From Scenedesmus sp. PABB004 (lineage: Eukaryota), in assembly GCA_014905635.1 (NCBI GenBank), contig JABVCE010000002.1, positions 1,550,001 through 1,614,000 on the forward strand: 64,000 bases of DNA, given 5' to 3'. Position 1 is the stretch's first letter. Every line of letters begins with the position of its first letter. Below are positions 60,313 to 64,000 of this stretch, piece after piece. The translations under genes were made by a program, and so were the position numbers. A model generated the notes under the pieces. It saw only the letters and a list, made by a program, of their open reading frames with translations. It was not told the DNA's origin and did no database searches.

Positions 60313-63300
60313 TCACGGGTTGGCGTTCAGGCCCCCCAGCGCGGCCGCCTGCGCCTGCGCCGCCGCAGCCTGCGCGGCGGCGGCCGCCGCCTGCGCCTGG
60401 GCCTGCGCCTGCGCGCTGAACTGGGCCGCGGTCGCGTTGGCGGCGGCCGCCGCCGCGGCGGTGACCTCGGCCTGCTGCAGCTTCTTCAGCAGCGCCTCCA
60501 GGCGCGCCACGACGGCGTCAAAGCCAGGCCGCTGCTCCGGCACGGGCGCCCAGCACTCCTGGATGAGCGCCGACAGCCCCGGCGGCGTGTGGGGCGGGAT
60601 GTCGGGCCGCGCGCCGCGCGCCATCACCGCCAGCGCCGCCTGCACGCCGTTGAGGCCCTCGAACGGGATCGCGCGCGCGCAGCACTCCCACATGACCATG
60701 CCAAAGCTGTAGATGTCCGCCTTGTTGCTGTAGCGCTGGTTGCCCAGCACCTCGGGCGCCATCCACTGGAACGTGCCCAGGCCGCCGGTCATGGTGTGCA
60801 TGCCGTGGTACAGCCGGGACAGACCAAAGCTGCAGCGCGCACGCGCGCGACGCCGCGGCGGAGCGGGAGAGGCGGCGCGGTCGGGCGCGGTCGGGCGCGG
60901 TCGGGCGCGGCGCGCGCAGGGGCGCAGGGGCGCGGGCGGGGGGCGGGCGGCACGGCGGCGCGGGCGCGGCGGGCGCGGGCGCGCAGGGGCCACGCACTCT
61001 GCGACCTTGACGCAGCTGTCTGCGTCGACCAGCAGGTTGCCGCTCTTGAGGTCCCTGAGGCAACGCACGGAGCGGGGCGAGGGGAGGAGCTCAGGGGCAG
61101 CCCCGCACGCGAGGCCGGGGCGCGCGGCGGCGCCGCGCGAGGCTGCGCCCGCGCGCGCGCGCCTGTGCAGCACCGAGTTGGCGTGCAGGTGCTCCATGCC
61201 GCGCGCGGCGCCCAGCAGCATGCCCACCACCTCCACCCAGGACAGGTAGCAGCCGGGCGAGTGCAGCAGCCCGTACAGGGAGCCCTTGCTGCAAAACCTG
61301 GGGGCAGCCGCGGTGTGCGGCGCACGGCGCGCTGGCACAAGCGCGCGCCGCGGCGGCCGGCGCCGCCTGGGCCGCGCGCCAGCGGGGCGGGGGGCGCAGC
61401 GAGGCTCACTGTGTGACGAGCGCGAGGTTGGGCGGGCGCGTGCACACGCCCAGCAGGCGCAGCACGTGGGGGTGCTCCGGCAGGCGCGTCATGGTCGTGA
61501 CCTCACGCATGCTGCGCACACGCACGAGGCGGGGGGGGGGGGGGGGGCGGAGAGGCAGGCGGCGGACTCACACCGGCACCTGGCTGGCTCTCGCAGCGGC
61601 GCGGCGCCCCGCGGCGCCCCGCGGCGCCCCGCGCGGCGCTTACAACTCTGCCATGAGCTTGGCGCTGTCGGCGGCCTGGGCGTTGAGCACCTTGATGGCC
61701 ACAGCCGTGTGCCGCCACGTGCCGTAGTACACCTGCGGCGCCACGGGCGGCTCGAGGCCGGCGCGTGGCGCTCCGCGCGCCCGCCGCCGGCACCCTCTCC
61801 CCTTGCCCCCGCAGCCCGGGCAGCGCCGCGCACCTTGCCAAAGCCGCCCTCGCCGATCTGGTGGCCGAACTGCAGCTCGTCCCAGCTGATCTCCTTGTCG
61901 CCCGCGACGGCGCTGATGGCGGCGGCGGGGCTGAGCTCGCCGCCCGCCTGCCGCCACGGCGGCGGCGCGGTACCTGCCTGCCCCGCCGGCGGCCGCGCCG
62001 GCGGCGGCGGCATCGCGCCCGCGGTCCCGGCTGTGGCCGCGTGCTGCGCCTGCTGCTGCGCCTGCTGCTGCGCCTGCTGCTGCGCCTGCTGCTGCGCCTG
62101 CTGCTGCGCCTGCTGCTGCATCTGCGCCTGCAGCTGCGCTTGCTGGTGCTGCTGCATCTGCGCCTGCTGTTGCATCTGCGCCTGCTGCGCCTGCTGCTGC
62201 GCCTGCTGCAGTTGCGCCTGTTGGTGGGCCTCCAGCGCCTGCTGCGCCTGCACCTGGAGGGCGTGCGCGTGCTGCGCCTGCTGCGCCACGCCCGCGGAGC
62301 CCGCCGGGCACTGCAGCGACAGGCCGTCAAACACTGGCAGCTCGCCGGGCACTGCGGGCGGCGGCGTGCCCTGCTGCACAAGCCCGGGCCCGGGGCCAGG
62401 CGTGCTGTGCCGCGACGCCCCGGGCGAGCCGCCAGTCGGCTGGTGCAAGGAGCCGCCGCCGCTGCGGTCGAGCGGCTGCTGGTGGTGCTGGACGGGCGGC
62501 GCCGCCACTGCCAGCTGGTGCTCGGCTGCCAGCAGCTGCTGCTGCGCCTGGGCCGCCTGCTGCGCCTGCTGAGCCTGCGCCACCTGCTGCACCTGTAGCA
62601 GCAGGTCGTGCAGCGGTTCTGCAGCGTTGAGGGGCTGGCCGGCCACGACTGCCTGTTGGAGCTGCTGCTGCTGCTGCTGCTGCTGCCCAAACTGCTGCTG
62701 GAGCTGCTGCTGCTGGAGCTGCTGCTGCTGGAGCTGCTGCTGCTGGAGCTGCTGCTGGAGCTGCTGCTGCTGGAGCTGCTGCTGCTGGAGCTGCTGCTGC
62801 TGGAGCTGCTGCTGCTGCTGGTGCTGCAGTGCCTGCTGCAAGGCCTGCTGCTGCTGCTGGTGCTGCAGCACCTGCTGGAAGGCCTGTTGCTGCTGGTGCT
62901 GGTGCTGCTGGTGCTGCTGCTGCTGCTGCTGGTGCAACGCCTGCTGCTGCTGGTGCCGCAGCACGATGGCGCCCTGCTCTTCCACGCTGCAGTACTGCAG
63001 CGGCGCCGGCTGCAGCTGCGGCATGGGCTGCAGAGCCATCTGCGGCGGCAGTAGGTCTGGCTCGGGGCCGTGTGATGGCAGGGTGCACTCCTGCCGCACC
63101 AGCACGCCGGCGCCGGATTCCCTGCCCTGCTGCAGCGCAGCCACGCCGTACGGGCCGCCGTACGCGTGCTGGACCGCCACCAGCTGCACCTGCTGCTGCG
63201 GGGCGCCGCTGCCCCCGCGCTGCCACTGCTGCGCCGCCTGCTGCTGCTGCAGCACATGCGCCTGCTGGGCCGCCATCTGCTGGTGCGCCGCCATCTGCTG

Positions 63301-63359
63301 CTGCGCCGCCATCTGCTGCTGCTGGGCCGCCATCTGCTGCTGCTGCTGCTGCTGCTGCT

Positions 63360-63407
<48 letters not shown>

Positions 63408-64000
63408 TGTGCTGCTGCGCCACCATCGCATGCTGCAGCTGGCGCTGGGGCGTGTAGGGCTGCTGCGGCTGCTGGCCGCCCAGCCTGATTGCGACCGCGC
63501 CGCCGTGCTGCGCCGCCGCGGCCTGCTGCGCAGCGTACGCGCCCTGCGCCGCCGCCTGCTGGTGCTCCAGCTGCTGCTGAAGCTGCGCCTGCGCCTGCAG
63601 CGAGTGCTGCAGCGCGTGCAGCGCGAGCGCCTGCTGCTGCGGGTGCTGCGCGCCAGACGCGAGCGTGAGCTGCCCGCCGTCCGCGTACTGCTGCTGCGCG
63701 GCGTCGCCGGGCTGCGAAATCACCACCAGCGGCACGCCGGCCTTGGCCTGCAGCGCCTGGGGGGCGCCCGGCTGCGCCAGGCGCGACTGCGCCGGCGGGG
63801 CGCCGTGCTGCTGCTGCTGCTGCATCGCGCCGCCGGTGCTGCTGGGCTGATCCAGCAGCTCCACCGACCCCTGCCCGGCCAGGGGCGAGCCGACGCCCTT
63901 GGATCCCGCAAAGGACGCGATGTCGCGCGTGGCCTTGCGCTTGAGGGCGAGCACCGCGAGCGGGGCCCGGGGCGCCTGCTCCCTGCTCGCCGCGCAGCTG
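60313..64000 (-). CDS. Raf-like (TKL/MAP3K) protein kinase with very long Gln-rich region; 5' end outside the window
   Basis: EISWDEL..QIGEGGFGKVYYGTWRHTAVAIK, HPHVLRLLG, ARGMEHLH..VLHRDLKSGNLL, ADFGLSR, GTFQWMAPE, KADIYSFG, IQECW..PEQRPGF. Confidence 0.93.
62655..62955. repeat. Coding CAG-rich repeat (QQQQL units) in the kinase N-terminal region
   Basis: Periodic CTGCTGCTGGAG units on +, encoding repeated QQQQL on the minus strand. Confidence 0.85.

Overview
Eukaryotic nuclear DNA, extremely GC-rich (roughly 80% by eye), gene-dense, with many short (~85-270 nt) spliceosomal introns. Gene content, TGTAA poly(A) signals and intron style point to a chlorophycean green alga (inference). Most ORFs in the supplied track are high-GC artefacts, so I rebuilt the genes exon by exon by hand. 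There are 18 protein-coding genes: P4-ATPase flippase (partial), adrenodoxin reductase, an ~11 kb ARM-repeat gene of unknown function, an HLA3-like ABCC transporter, probable mitoribosomal mS23, a degenerate sphingosine-kinase homologue, FKBP16-3, B12D/NDUFA4-like, enolase, GEN1, a YegS-type lipid kinase, GH99 endomannosidase, a WSCD-like sulfotransferase, TAF12, a villin-headpiece protein, MAU2/SCC4, fatty acyl-CoA reductase and a Raf-like kinase (partial). Three observations stand out. (1) About 29 of ~145 hand-traced introns (~20%) use a GC 5' splice site, several fixed by invariant protein motifs. (2) The only large non-genic gap holds a tandem array of ~230-240 bp units, each folding into two long hairpins with changes concentrated in loops. 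(3) The sphingosine-kinase homologue naturally carries the GGDG->GGDD change equivalent to kinase-dead SphK1 G82D. All family assignments come from motif recognition, not database searches.
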